Shown: positions 1-12,335 of the stretch, in pieces
How positions within the stretch are numbered: position 1 is the first letter of the stretch
How the letters are laid out: every line of letters begins with the position of its first letter
Assembly (NCBI GenBank): GCA_030324005.1
Contig: JARDVH010000163.1
Coordinates: 105,466,814-105,530,813 of the forward strand
Reading direction: 5' to 3'
Source: Negaprion brevirostris
Lineage: Eukaryota
DNA: 64,000 nt
The notes under the pieces: model-generated
Database searches by the model: none
Told to the model about the DNA's origin: nothing
The model's input: only the letters and a program-made list of their open reading frames with translations
Position numbers and translations under genes: made by a program

Positions 1-59
1 TTGGTGTTGTGAGACTTCTGACTGTGCGTACCCCAGTCCAACACCGGCATCTCCATCTC

Positions 60-2620
60 AGGGTTACCTGAGGCATGGCAGAACTCGTGACCTGATGGGC
101 TCCTCCATCATCCATGTATATCTGTACAATGTTCTGGCAGCTCCGTCAGATATTCTCCTATCTCTGCATCTCTAGTAGGTTGGTCTGACCATAATCAGAG
201 GCCTGTCATTAGTCTTGAGCTCAGCATGGGCCTGTTATCCAATATTCCTCTCATTCTCCATCAGCTGCTCTGCAATGTGATCACCAGAATACAATTCTGA
301 GCCTGAATACAATTGCACACTATATTTGTGTGCAGGGAGATGTGATGATGCATAGTCTGAGGCTCTGAAGCCCTCTGTCTCCGAGGTGGACTGCAGGCTC
401 ACAGTTGATGGCTGTCCTTTTGGGATAAGAGGATCTGCACTGGATAACAGAGAGAATTAAATTCACATTATTCACTCGCTTTTCCTATTCTTCTGTGACA
501 CACACCCATTTTTCTCCCTAGTGGTTATACCAAGCTTCAAGCCTCCTTCCGCTCATTTTCTGCGCAGAACAAAGACAGCAACAGACATTACAGTACAGGA
601 ACAGGCCTTATGGCCCTCCATGATGTTGGTCATGATGCCCTAACTAAACTAAAAAAAACCTTCTGCCCTTACTCCGTCCCNNNNNNNNNNNNNNNNNNNN
701 NNNNNNNNNNNNNNNNNNNNNNNNNNNNNNNNNNNNNNNNNNNNNNNNNNNNNNNNNNNNNNNNNNNNNNNNNNNNNNNNNNNNNNNNNNNNNNNNNNNN
801 NNNNNNNNNNNNNNNNNNNNNNNNNNNNNNNNNNNNNNNNNNNNNNNNNNNNNNNNNNNNNNNNNNNNNNNNNNNNNNNNNNNNNNNNNNNNNNNNNNNN
901 NNNNNNNNNNNNNNNNNNNNNNNNNNNNNNNNNNNNNNNNNNNNNNNNNNNNNNNNNNNNNNNNNNNNNNNNNNNNNNNNNNNNNNNNNNNNNNNNNNNN
1001 NNNNNNNNNNNNNNNNNNNNNNNNNNNNNNNNNNNNNNNNNNNNNNNNNNNNNNNNNNNNNNNNNNNNNNNNNNNNNNNNNNNNNNNNNNNNNNNNNNNN
1101 NNNNNNNNNNNNNNNNNNNNNNNNNNNNNNNNNNNNNNNNNNNNNNNNNNNNNNNNNNNNNNNNNNNNNNNNNNNNNNNNNNNNNNNNNNNNNNNNNNNN
1201 NNNNNNNNNNNNNNNNNNNNNNNNNNNNNNNNNNNNNNNNNNNNNNNNNNNNNNNNNNNNNNNNNNNNNNNNNNNNNNNNNNNNNNNNNNNNNNNNNNNN
1301 NNNNNNNNNNNNNNNNNNNNNNNNNNNNNNNNNNNNNNNNNNNNNNNNNNNNNNNNNNNNNNCCCAACTTTCATGTAGCCATCCAGATGCCTCTTAAATG
1401 TTACTAAAGTGCCCGCTTCCGCCACCTCCTCTGGCAGGCGTTCCAGGATCTCACCACACACTGCATGAAAAACTTCCTCCCTTAAACTTTCCCCCTCTCA
1501 CCTTGAACCTGTGTGCCCTTGGAAGTGACACTTCCACCCTTGGAAAAAGCCTCTGACTATCCACCCTGTCTCTGCCTCTCATAATTTTTGTAAACCTCTA
1601 CCAGGTCTCCCCTCAGCCGCCATCTTTCCAGTGAAAACAATCCTCATTTAAATTAACCTGTCTTTGTAGTAAACACCATCGAGACCAGGCACTCCAGCTT
1701 CAATCTTGGTGATTGCCTGGCTCTCGCCAATTCCTTTGCCTCCTCTGCAGATGTGCACCTTATTCGGTATTGTGCCATTTTCTCTTACAGACAGGTGGAG
1801 AGAATGAATCTCAGCTCAACAGATACCTAACACCTTTATTGGCATGCATCCCATTGCCAGATAATGGAGTCTCCTGGGTAACCCATGCACGCCCTTCTCA
1901 TATGATTCAAATATGGACCAACAAGTTCTGGTCTACATTCAGTCTTCATGACGTAATTACTGCCTGCTGGATTCCTCTCGTCAATTAAAGGCACTGTTGN
2001 NNNNNNNNNTGCCATCATGACAGCTACATTGATCTAACACCTCCTTTCAGTGCAGAGTGGCTCATTGACCTTTTCCATGCATTGGACCCAGATGTATCTG
2101 TGGCTGTCACTCTCTGCTGCAATCTCTATCCATGTTGCCTTGGTCAGGCAGGAGGTTTGTCTGATGTTGCTGGTGGGGAAAGAACATCTTGCACTGTTCC
2201 CAAATAGCCTGGAGAGCCTGCAGGGAGGCATCGCTGACCATTGTGCCAGGGAATGTCAGCTCAGAGGCATTTGCCAATAGAGTATGGAGGTCATAGTGAT
2301 GTTCATGTCTCAGAGGGCCAGGCTGGCAATGCCCAGGGGGCATTCCCCCTTACCCACAACCTCCTGGTGGGGGGGTTCCTCGATGACCTCACTCTAGTGG
2401 GGTGGAGAACTGTTGTAAACCCCGCTGAAGTGAACCACTCCTGGCCGTGGGATGGAGTGGGGGGGGGCACTTATGAACTTAAAATGCAGATTTTAATGTT
2501 TAAATCAACGCTGCACCGATTTCTGGCTCGGAGCTGATAATGCTAAAAGTCCTGGTTCCGGAGATGCGCAGAGGCCCCGGCACCCAGCGGGGATCCTGCT
2601 AAATGGTTTCACTGATATCT
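60..2620 (-). mobile_element. Degenerate Harbinger-like DNA transposon with Myb/SANT DNA-binding ORF relic, interrupted by a CR1 LINE fragment
   Basis: Frameshifted fragments at 2034-2250 (SDASLQALQA..., LTKATWIEIAAE...WVQCMEKVNE) fit the Myb/SANT-like motif of Harbinger ORFs. 60-440 looks like the downstream low-complexity exon. Confidence 0.6.
575..1690 (-). mobile_element. CR1-type LINE 3' fragment spanning a 681-nt N gap
   Basis: Translation LPEEVAEAGTLVTFKRHLDGYM is the CR1 ORF2 C-terminus. A 3' tail-like sequence lies at 575-680. Confidence 0.8.
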
Positions 2621-3134
2621 GCCAGCTCATTGCATTGCTAGAGCAACACAACAGACTGGGAGATTTGCCCCTGTTGTCTTTGTGAAAATAAGGACAGATT
2701 GGTGCACCTTGGACTGCAATGTGAAACTTCTTGTGTTTGACTATGCACCACCTATCCTTGCTGGACACAAAAAAAACTAAGATTCCTTAGCCTTAGTTGG
2801 CAGGAAAATTAGGATGTGATGTTATATAGATCATAATTTGCACTTCAGCATTTTCACCTTTAAAATAAATTATGATGGGTTATTTACAGTGCTTCCAAAA
2901 ATACCAGTGGCGTTTCCATAATGTATCTAATATTTTAACTTTGCAATTAGATGAAAAGTTGATAGTTGGAATTCTCCAGCCTTGTCACCACCACCAGTCA
3001 GCGAGAACAGAAAATTTGGCACTCAGTCAAATCTCTATTTAGTNNNNNNNNNNATTACAAACAGGCCATTTCATTGAAAACAATGTACTGCACATTTGTT
3101 GATGCTTTACATTTTTTCCAATTTTTTTTAAAAG

Positions 3135-3510
3135 TTGTACCTGTTTGGATCATGTTTTTGAAGATCATCAGAGCACCTCAACGCCCAGAGTCGAAGCATC
3201 TTGGAGCCACCCTTCAGCTGCCCTTTGGACTGAACAAGACCTTTTGAATCTTGAACATTTGGATTTGGCTGTAACAGAATATAGTCAGAGCAGGCCAGCA
3301 TCGACCTATTCTAATGTTTATGTACCACAGGACGGAGAGGCGGTTGTAGATAGTGAGACAGAGTGGAGTACACTTCATGGGAATATAGAATTTGGAATAT
3401 CAGAACAAGATATTGATCATTATTTTGCCTGTATTTCCAGAAGACATAGCTTTCGCCAAAATATTCTCCCATTTCACCCATTTGTGGTGATGGGTGAAAC
3501 CAGGGTGTAA
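3135..3510 (+). CDS. Probable last coding exon of an unidentified gene convergent with SLMAP (~124 aa tail ending GETRV*)
   Basis: Pyrimidine tract ttttttccaattttttttaaaag| at 3134, an open frame to TAA at 3508-3510, AATAAA at 3630-3635 followed by GT-rich sequence. No resemblance to a transposon protein I recognise. Confidence 0.55.
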
Positions 3511-3830
3511 ATTGAAATGGAAGTGTGGAATCTGATGATCCAAGGTTTTTTGATGATGCTTTTGTCATGGTAAACACCATATATATTTACCAGGAAAACT
3601 ATGCATTATAGTTAGGTAATTATGACCACAATAAATGTTTTGTGTGTGGAGCACCCACCTGTCCTTGTTACATATGCAGAATCATCGTGAAAAAGTAAAA
3701 GCCAAAACTTAATTTTTTTTAGGGTTATGTACAATATTTTTTAAAGAATCCTAGAAGAATTGGTAACAGAAAGTCATACACTTGCTTTCTCTCTTCAAAA
3801 AATAGCAGAGTCTGAGTAAATAAAATTAAA

Positions 3831-4430
3831 TGCCAAGGAGAATGGAGCTCCCAGGGTATCACGTCGAGGTCCTTTGGTACAAGCCTTCATGTTGATCTTC
3901 CTGAACTAACAAACTTAGAGTCTTCTTATTGAGGCAATGGTCTGACTGGAATTAACAAACAAAGGACATCCCCCATAATATAAGCTGAAAGATTACTTTG
4001 ATGCATGGTGACAGATATGGGGAGGTTACACTTTGGGCACCTATCCTCTGGTCATTGGCCGGATGGGATTGAACAAGTGATAGACATTGGGTCAACTACC
4101 AGCTCGGAGAAATATTGCATATCAATCAGGTGCTCAGAAGGAAAGACTGCAGCCATCTTCAAATGGTGAAAGACCACCAGTGAAAGAGCTTCCTAACCCT
4201 TGGGCCAGAGAGCAGAAGGCTGCTGTCATCAGCTAGAGATCTATATTCACTCTGCACCCTTTCGTCCTCCAGGACCAGTAAACCACTCTCACCTGTAACA
4301 GGCTTTATGCCTCTCCTGTCTATTTAACTTGTGTATCATTGTTCAACTATTGGATCTTAATAAACTACTTCAAAATCATTTATAAGTTTGACCCCTTTTT
4401 AGAGGTAATCTATGACTCCTTAACTTATCA
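3831..4430 (+). mobile_element. Possible solo LTR
   Basis: ~600 bp TG...CA block with an internal AATAAA near its 3' end (~4359); no target-site duplication seen. Confidence 0.3.
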
Positions 4431-6261
4431 GAACTTAAACTATGGAGGCAGCTTACAGAAGTTATAAGCAGTTATGATTAGTAGAATTCTTGCAAGGAAT
4501 ATTTGAATGATAGCCTTACAACAGCAAAGCATTATAACTCTGGATCACTTCCTCGGCTATACAAAACCTCGTTTCTAGAAGAGACTTAAAACTCTGATTT
4601 TGAGAACTATTGAGAGTATCGATTACTATTGTTTTTCCTCCTTCTAAGCCACCATAGCTGCAGTTGTTGTTACAATGGAGAGAAAGAGGACCAGCTCCCA
4701 ATTAGTTGCATAAGGACATCAGAAGCATTAATCAGGCATATAGTAGTTAATGTACAGCTCCCTTCTTCTACTCCAGTCAATTCTATCTCCCTCCATAACT
4801 CTCCTCTGCAGTCCACTGGTCATGGCATTTCTCTTTTTTAATCATACCTGTAGCAATCAAGACACTACAGTACATTTTCTTCTCACAAACTCACCAAAAG
4901 AACATCTCAAGATTCCATTCATCACTTATCTGCTCTCCTATTACTTTTCTCCTCAGTTCTACTGCCTTCCATTACTCTAAATTTACTTCCAAGTTCTTCA
5001 CCAGTGTTGTCACACCCTGCTGTACAATATTAGATTCTCCTCGAATCTATCATAGCTGCACACTCCCCACAATTCTGAAAATTCTATTTTGCACTTCGCT
5101 TTTGATGTTGCTATCAATTACTACACTCCACCCTCAAAATGTCACCTTGGTATTCTCCACTTGTACATATATTGCTTTCAAAAACCTCATTAATTACATT
5201 GCAAGATATCAGTTCAGGTCAACTAGTAACTCTAGGATCCCTCAGAATTTTGCTGAAGCCCCATTCAAGGAAAAAATATATAATCTATGGGAATTTTCCA
5301 GTCCTTTGGGAATGCAAACTGCAAATGCAATGCTCAAATTAGGAGGACCTGAATGCCAATTTTGTGAACCTAAATAATCCCTTTGTGGATTACCATGATT
5401 TGTGACAGAGAGGCTTGTGTCCTTCGACAAACTCTTGCGTGAAACCCTCAGCAGCCCCTTGCTTGTGATCGAGCCACCCATGGTGACAAAGTTGTGGGAG
5501 GATGGGGAAGCCCCATACTAAGTGTGGTCCAAAAAAGTCCCCAGAACAGGCAAAGCAAACTGTGCATTTCGCCAATTACAAAGGCTGCAGTGACAAGGTG
5601 ATCCTGGTCATTGTAGCTCAACCTGTCACTGAAATCTGACCACCAACTCATCAAGATGCGAACAACAAGAGCTGCAAGCTCACCATGTTAAACAAAATCA
5701 ACTTAGGCTTCTAGCAGGCTTCATATGTCATTTCCTGTTGTAATGGAGAGTTAGGATCAGGTCTGTGAACCTCGGAGTCCCCACTCAAGATACACGAAGG
5801 TCATTGGACAATTGTGTTGGAACAGAAGCATCTTAGGGCAGGAGCATCTATCATCTTTAGGACAGTCGCTAAATGGGAAGGGAGCCGGAAAAGACACTGT
5901 AAAAATAGGCTGTCCCACTTTTCTCCTGGCTGGACAGCCACAACCTGTGGGGTTACCCTCATTGTGGCCATAAAGAAAGCTTTAAATATTGCAACTTGAA
6001 TACTAGAGTGGCCATCCAGAAAGAAGATCTGTAGTCATATCAGGTGAGCCATTAAGACGCCAAATCGACTGCCCTAAGCGAGACCACTCTTCTTATGGAG
6101 GGACAGCTGCAGGAACAAGCTGGGTTTATACCTTCTATTGGTAAGAAAAGGATGGTATCAAAGCTCATGACCACAGATTTGTTTTGCCATCTGTAATAGG
6201 ATCTTGGAAGCACTGCTATAACTCTCCCAATTACACAAATCAAAGACTCATGACACTGAAT

Positions 6262-6576
6262 GGCAAGGTGGTACAATGATTAAAACTGTTGCCTCACAGT
6301 ATCAGGGACATGGTTCAATTCCAGCCTTGGGGCTGTGTGCAGTTTGCATGTTCTCCCCATATTTGTGTGGGTTTCTTCCAGGTGCCTGGTTTCCCTCCAC
6401 ACTTCAAAGATGTGCGGGTTAGATTGATTGGCCATGCTAAATTGCCCCTTAGTATCAGGGGGATTAACAGGGTAAATAGGTGGGATTAAGGGGATAGGGT
6501 CTGGATGGATTGTTGTCAGTGCAGGTTTGATGGGCCAAATGGCCTCCTTCTACACTGTAGGGATTCTATGATTCTA
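6262..6576 (+). mobile_element. HE1-like tRNA-derived V-SINE
   Basis: A/B-box-like head (ggttcaattcc), V-domain (tgtgtgcagtttgcatgttctcccc...gggtttc), CR1-like tail ending attctatgattcta. Confidence 0.85.
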
Positions 6577-6619
6577 CTTCACTGACCAATATGGTAGCAA
6601 TAAAGCTCATGATAATCAG

Positions 6620-8645
6620 AGTATGGCAGGAAGGGACAGTAATTGAAAACTTAAGAGTGTACCAGTAGATAGGACCAGAGTTTACAAAAACAGTAAAAAA
6701 ACTATATTAATCGTTCTGTGTCTGAATGCCCACAACACTTGCAATAAAACATGAATTGTCAGTTCAATTAGAAATTCATATGTATGATTAGATAGCCATT
6801 ACAAAGTTGTGGCTACAAAGTTAGACTGGAACCTGAACATTCAAGGGTTTGTGACATTCAGAAAGGACATGAAGCTGGGAAGAGGTGGTGGGTAGCTCTG
6901 TTAATTAAAGAAGGCATGAGTACAATTCTAAAGATTAAGACATATACAGTAATTTTGGATGGAACTAAGAAACTACAGGGATCAGAAAACATTGCTGGGA
7001 GTTGTCTATGGACCACCTAGCAGTGGTGGCAATATAAATCATAGTATAAATCAAGAAATTTGAGGTGTAAGCGATCATGAGGAATTCCAATCTACATATA
7101 GACTGGGTAAACCCAATTAGTGCTAATGTTTTGGAGGATGAAATCATGGAATAGATGCAAGATGCATTTTTTTGGAGCAGTATGTCAAGGAACTAACAAC
7201 AGGAAAGATTATTTTAGATCCAGCATTGTGCAATGAAAAAGGGCTACTCTTGTGTGATGGAGCCTTTAGGAAATAGTGGCCATAATATGATTGGATTACA
7301 TCAGTTTCAAACTTAATGTAAAATTCAATCAGAAACTAGAGACTTAACTCTAAACGAAAGAAACTATGAAGGCAAGAGTGGCATATTAGCTATGGTTGAT
7401 TGGGAAACTATGTTAAAGGTATGATGGTAGACAAAAAAAGGCTCACATTTAAGGAATTAATATGTAGTTGCAACCAAAGTACATTCCTTTAATGTAAAAG
7501 AGAAAAAGCATGATAATTGTTCTAACCATGACTAACAAAAGAAATCAAAGAATGTTTTACGTTAATAAAAAAGGCATGTAAAGTTGCCACATTAAAAAAA
7601 GGTAAGCCAGAGCATTGGGAGCATTTTAGAATTCTGCAAAGGAGAACCAAGCAAAAGATTTAAAAAGGGAAAATAGAATACGAGAGTAAACTAGCGAGAA
7701 ACATAAAAACTGACTGTAAAAGTTTCCCTAAGTATACAAAAAGGAAAAGTTTCCATGCGGAGACAGGCTATTTATAATGGGGAATAAGGAAATAACAGAG
7801 AAACTAAACAAATAATTTGGGCAGAATTTTACCTCTTTACACCCATTTTGCGGTGGAAAAAAATGTTGTAAAATCAGGCATAAGGTGGCTAGCGCAAATA
7901 GGGCTGGTTTTTGTACCTGTCGTGATCTTACGTCACCCAGACTTACGATGCAGTCAGTCTCTCACTGGAAATGGGTGAGAAGTTGATTAATTTATTCAAA
8001 TACTCATTTCAATGTGTTAGCAAACCCAGCACTCAATCATCTGGGCTCATTTGCTTTTATGGCCTCAGTGGGAGAGGCATTCTCCAGCAAGGAAATCACC
8101 TGCTCCCCAAGAATGGGGAACAATTGTGTTGGCCTCACTGGTAGAACTGGGGCCATTGAGGCCTACTGGGAGGCTGAATGCAAGGTGGGGATGCCCCTTG
8201 GGCAGTGCCAAACTGGTATGCTATGCTGGTACTTGGGCAGTGTCAGGAGGCAGGGCCAATGGGGACCCCTGCTGCCACTCTGCATGCGATTGGTGAGGGA
8301 GAGAAGGGGGTTGGTGAGGTAGATGCAGAAAGGTTGTTCTCCTGGCTGAAATTTCTAGAACCAGGAGACACAGTCTCAGAATAAGGGGCAGCCCATTTAG
8401 GGCTGAGATAAGGAACAATTTATTCACTTGAGTGCTGAATCTTTGAAACCCATAGGACTGTGGAGGTTCAGTTGTTCAGCATGTTCAAGACTAAAACGGA
8501 TCAATTTTAACATATTAACAATATCAAGGGATATGGGAATAGTGCAGAAAAACGATGTTGAAGTAGATGATTAGCCATGATCTCATTGAATGCCAGAATG
8601 GGCATGAAAGGCTGAATGGCCTACTCCTGCTCCAATTGCTTATGT
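6620..8645 (+). mobile_element. Decayed CR1 LINE (endonuclease region plus 3' end) with a MITE-like insertion at ~7819-8317
   Basis: APE-type motifs (ctgaatgcc..., gatagccattaca..., ggagttgtctatggaccacc) and a CR1 3' tail (gctgaatggcctactcctgctcc). The insert begins gggcagaatttt. Confidence 0.75.
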
Positions 8646-8699
8646 TTCTACAATGCCATGTTCAGGAAAAGTTATATCCTAATCTTGATGAAGTCCTGT

Positions 8700-9330
8700 T
8701 ACCCTAAATGTAGAAATGATGATCCTTAACTTTAATACTAAGATGACTCCAATGTCTGGTGAGGAACCATTGGGAAAAATGGTGGGAAAGGCCAAAATAA
8801 ATGGCTACTCCCTACTGACAAAGTGTGTTTAGCCTGGCGTCATTGTAACAAACACCCTCTTCTGCCAGAATGACAAACAAAACCAGGAGACACCTTATAT
8901 CAAAGCAAAATGAACTTTGAGGAGATAAACACTGTGTGAAAGGTGTCTCCCTGTCAGGTCCTGTTTTCACAACTCCCAAATGGCCTACGCTCCAGATGAG
9001 GAAAACAACATCAAAGACACTTTGAAGCTCTCCTTAAATGTGACAGCATTGACATTAATGAGTGGGAGGAGCTTACTCCCAATCTTTCAAAATGGTGACA
9101 ACTGCTGCATCACAATTTGAGTCACACTGATGACGCAGAGCAGCAGTATAGAAAGAAAGAACAGGAAGCAAATCCCATACTCAGGGTCCCACCATTCCAT
9201 GGGACATTCTGCCCCATGTGCCGAATGATCTGAGAATTAAAACTGACCCATCTGGTCACCTGAAGATCCATGGCAGAAACTTGTGTCCTTCAGTAGGGTT
9301 CATCCTTGAATTGAGGAACAAATGGCAATC
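8700..9330 (+). mobile_element. RTE-clade LINE relic with large internal deletion
   Basis: Endonuclease-like LLTKC/TNTLFCQNDK segment joined directly to C-terminal KDTLKLSL...IDINEWEEL and a CPxC zinc-knuckle-like end. Confidence 0.6.
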
Positions 9331-10020
9331 CTATAGCACAATCCAAGAAAAGCAATGTCTTGCTCTACTTCTCTTCTACAAAGTAGGTTACTGGTCAATA
9401 ATTTAACTGCTGTTCACCAGTTCATAAAATTATTACTGCAGTTCTTTTGTGCTGGAAACATTTCCAAAATTTGAGAAGGCAAGTTAAGAATGACAGCTCT
9501 TTTCTCTCCTTACAGATGCTGCCAGACCTGCTGAGATTTTCCAGCATTTTCTCTTCTGGTTTCAGGTTCCAGCATCCCAGTAATCGCTTCCACCTAGAAT
9601 AACCGACTTATTGCTAACTCCCATTTCAGCCTCGTCCCATTTCCCAGAGAGAAACAATTGTGTGGATCGACAGGCTTGGCCACAGCTTTGACACCATAAT
9701 CTCAAACTAAAATAACAATACCTTCATTTAGTTTTGTTAGTTTACAGTAACAGGTACATTTCCTCTGTCAGTTTATCAATTCTCTGTGTGCGCCACTGTT
9801 GCGTCGCTGAAACACGTCACTATGGAAATCAACAAGGTAGATTTTCCATCATCTCAGCTAGGCTGCCAGTGTAGTCCAGAAAATTCAATATCTGAACCCA
9901 TATTGGTTCCAATGCACTCACAGAAAAATCTATTCTATAATGCAGTAAAACATAAAACCAATGTGTAGATAAGTTAGTCACAACAAATGGGGTTCAACAC
10001 TGAATATTTTCCATTATCAA

Positions 10021-10330
10021 AGAATGCCTACAGTGTATGAGGAGGCCATTCAGCCCATTGAATCAGCACATACAACAATCCCACCCAGTCCCTTTCCCCA
10101 TAACCCCACATAATTACCCTGTTAAACTCCCTGACACTAAGGGGCAATTTGGCATGGCTAATCCACCTAACTTGTACATCTTTGGACTGTGGGAGGAAAC
10201 CAGAGCATCTGGAGGAAACCCACATAGTCACAGAGTGAACATGCAAACTCCCCACAGACATTGACTCAAGGCTGGAATTGAACCTGGGTCCCTGGCGCAG
10301 TAAGGCAGCAGTGAAAACCACTGTGCTACC
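10021..10330 (-). mobile_element. HE1-like V-SINE
   Basis: Reverse complement of the 6262-6576 family. Confidence 0.85.
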
Positions 10331-10419
10331 TTACCTGAATGGAGTTGTTGAAAATGATTCCATTGGAATATTTTTGTTTAATTCTAGTCTATGAGGATTT
10401 AGGGGTGCAGGGAGGATTG

Positions 10420-10680
10420 AGGAGGTGAGGAGGAATTTCTTCAGCCAGAGAGTGGGGAATCTGTGGAACTCTTTGCCGCAGAAGGCTGTGGAGGCCGGGT
10501 CACTGAGTGTCTTTAAGACAGAGATAGATAGGTTCCTGATTAATGAGGGGATCGGGGGTTATAGGGAAAAAGCAGGAGAATGGAGATAAGAAAAATATCA
10601 GCCCTGATTGAATGACAGAGTAGACACAATGGGCCGAGTGGCCTCATTCTGCTCCTATGTCTGTCGTATGGTCTTCTGGT
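10420..10680 (+). mobile_element. CR1 LINE 3' end
   Basis: gaggaggaatttcttcagccagagagtggggaatctgtggaactctttgccgcagaaggctgtggaggc (RNFFSQRVxNLWNSLPQKAVEA) plus tail. Confidence 0.85.
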
Positions 10681-11675
10681 CTTTAGTCCGGGCCTGTATT
10701 TTGACCCCTGCAGGCTGCTTGTCCAAAGGAAGATATGAATGCCTCAGACAGGTGGATTAGCAGGAGTGGCCCTCTACTGCTTAAGAGAGGGAGTTGGAAT
10801 GGACTGTGATGAGGTTTGTGCTTTGGAGAAGACTCCTGCAACTCCACAGGAAGGCACTGCCAGCGATCGAACTGGCCAGCAGAAGGGAGAATGATGGTTT
10901 GGGGCCACTGCACATGCGCAGAGGCTCACTGGTTTCAGCCCCTTGAGATTTAATAATATTCATGCTACATTTGTACAGAATGGAACAGAGATTCTAGTGT
11001 GAACACCCACTGAAAAAACACAGCATGAATTACTCTCGTTTCCACATGGCTTCAACACTTAGAATTCTTTTGGGAGAATTCCGCCCAGGGAGTGAACTCG
11101 CCCACTTCTGTCTCAGAGACTCCAATGAACCAAGACCAAAGTGTCCTGATGTGAAACTTAAAGCCTTTTTGATGTTTTGAGAAAGGTTACAATTAATTCA
11201 TTTCACCATTGCAAAACAAACAGGTACAGGTTCTCTGTGTTCTCGCTCCAATTCTGGCCTCCGGCACTTCCTCAAATGTCATTGTTCCGTAGTTGAGACA
11301 GCTGAAAACATGGGTAAATTCTGAAATTTCTAACCCCTTCGTGTTTCTCCCACCGTTTCCTGATCTAAGATTCCCCCTAAACCAACCTCATCAACCAGGC
11401 TTTTGGGAAAACTCCTTTTTGCTGTGTCTTGGGACCTTGGGACTTTTAATACATTAAAAGCAAATGTAAACGCAAGATCTTGCTGTTAGTGAGGTAGGGG
11501 TGGGGGTGAGGGGTTGGGGGGGGGGGGGGGGATTAGTGGAAATCGGCCCTTATTAGGAATTAATATTACAGCACCNNNNNNNNNNNNNNNNNNNNNNNNN
11601 NNNNNNNNNNNNNNNNNNNNNNNNNNNNNNNNNNNNNNNNNNNNNNNNNNNNNNNNNNNNNNNNNNNNNNNNNNN

Positions 11676-12060
11676 TGAGAACACAGCCTTGTGGGGCACC
11701 AGTGTTGAGGATGATTGTGGAGGAGGTGTTGTTGCCTATCCTTACTGATTGTGGTCTGACAGTTAGGAAGTTCAGAATCCAGTCACAGACGGAGGTGTCG
11801 AGGCTCAGGCTACAGAGTTTGGAGATGAGTTTCGTGGGAATAGTAGTGTTGAAGGCTGAGCTGTGGTCAATAAATAGGAGCCTGACATAGGTGTCCTTGT
11901 TATCTGGGTTGAGTGCAGAGCCAGGGAAATGGTGTCTGCTGTGAACCTGTTGTGGCGGTAGGCAAACTATAATGGATCCAGCTAGTCCAGGAGGCTGGAA
12001 TTGATTCATGCCATAACTAACCTTTCAAAGCACTTCATATTGATGAATGTCAGAGCACTA
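11676..12060 (-). mobile_element. Rex1/Babar LINE reverse-transcriptase fragment
   Basis: [25 protein letters not shown]...[16 protein letters not shown]...[11 protein letters not shown] in ORF 11566..12009. Confidence 0.9.
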
Positions 12061-12229
12061 GCAATAGTCATTCTGTTATCCCAAACATCTCAATTTTCCC
12101 TTCCTGCTTTACATCAACTATTTGTCATCCTCATTGTAAAACAATCACGTTATTCTTTTCAGGTGTGATACAGACATACTGTTATGTCTGATTATTGGAT
12201 TAATGCAATACAAAACATTTAGGTATGTG

Positions 12230-12335
12230 TCAGCTCTGATGAAGTGTCATCCAGATTCAAAACATCAGCGCTACTCTCTCTCTTTACAGATGCTGTCAGA
12301 CCTGCTGAGATTTTCCAGCATTTTCTGTTTTGGTT
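12230..12335 (+). mobile_element. Penelope-derived terminal-repeat fragment with degenerate hammerhead core
   Basis: ctgatgaagtgtcatccagattcaaaacat followed by the cagatgctg..cagacctgctgagattttccagcattttc motif that recurs at ~9495-9590, 12754-12815, 41880-42040 and 60440-60600. Confidence 0.6.

Noticed and set aside
610-1461. Long ORFs of 230-270 aa in the ORF track (and similar X-rich ORFs at other gaps)
   Set aside because: Artefacts of reading through N runs; the flanks are CR1 sequence.
6262-6335. tRNA-like A/B-box sequence (also in other SINE heads)
   Set aside because: It is the head of a V-SINE, not a tRNA gene; no intact cloverleaf.
11490-11532. G-rich tract with G-quadruplex potential
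   Set aside because: A simple poly-G low-complexity run next to a gap and repeats; no evidence of function.
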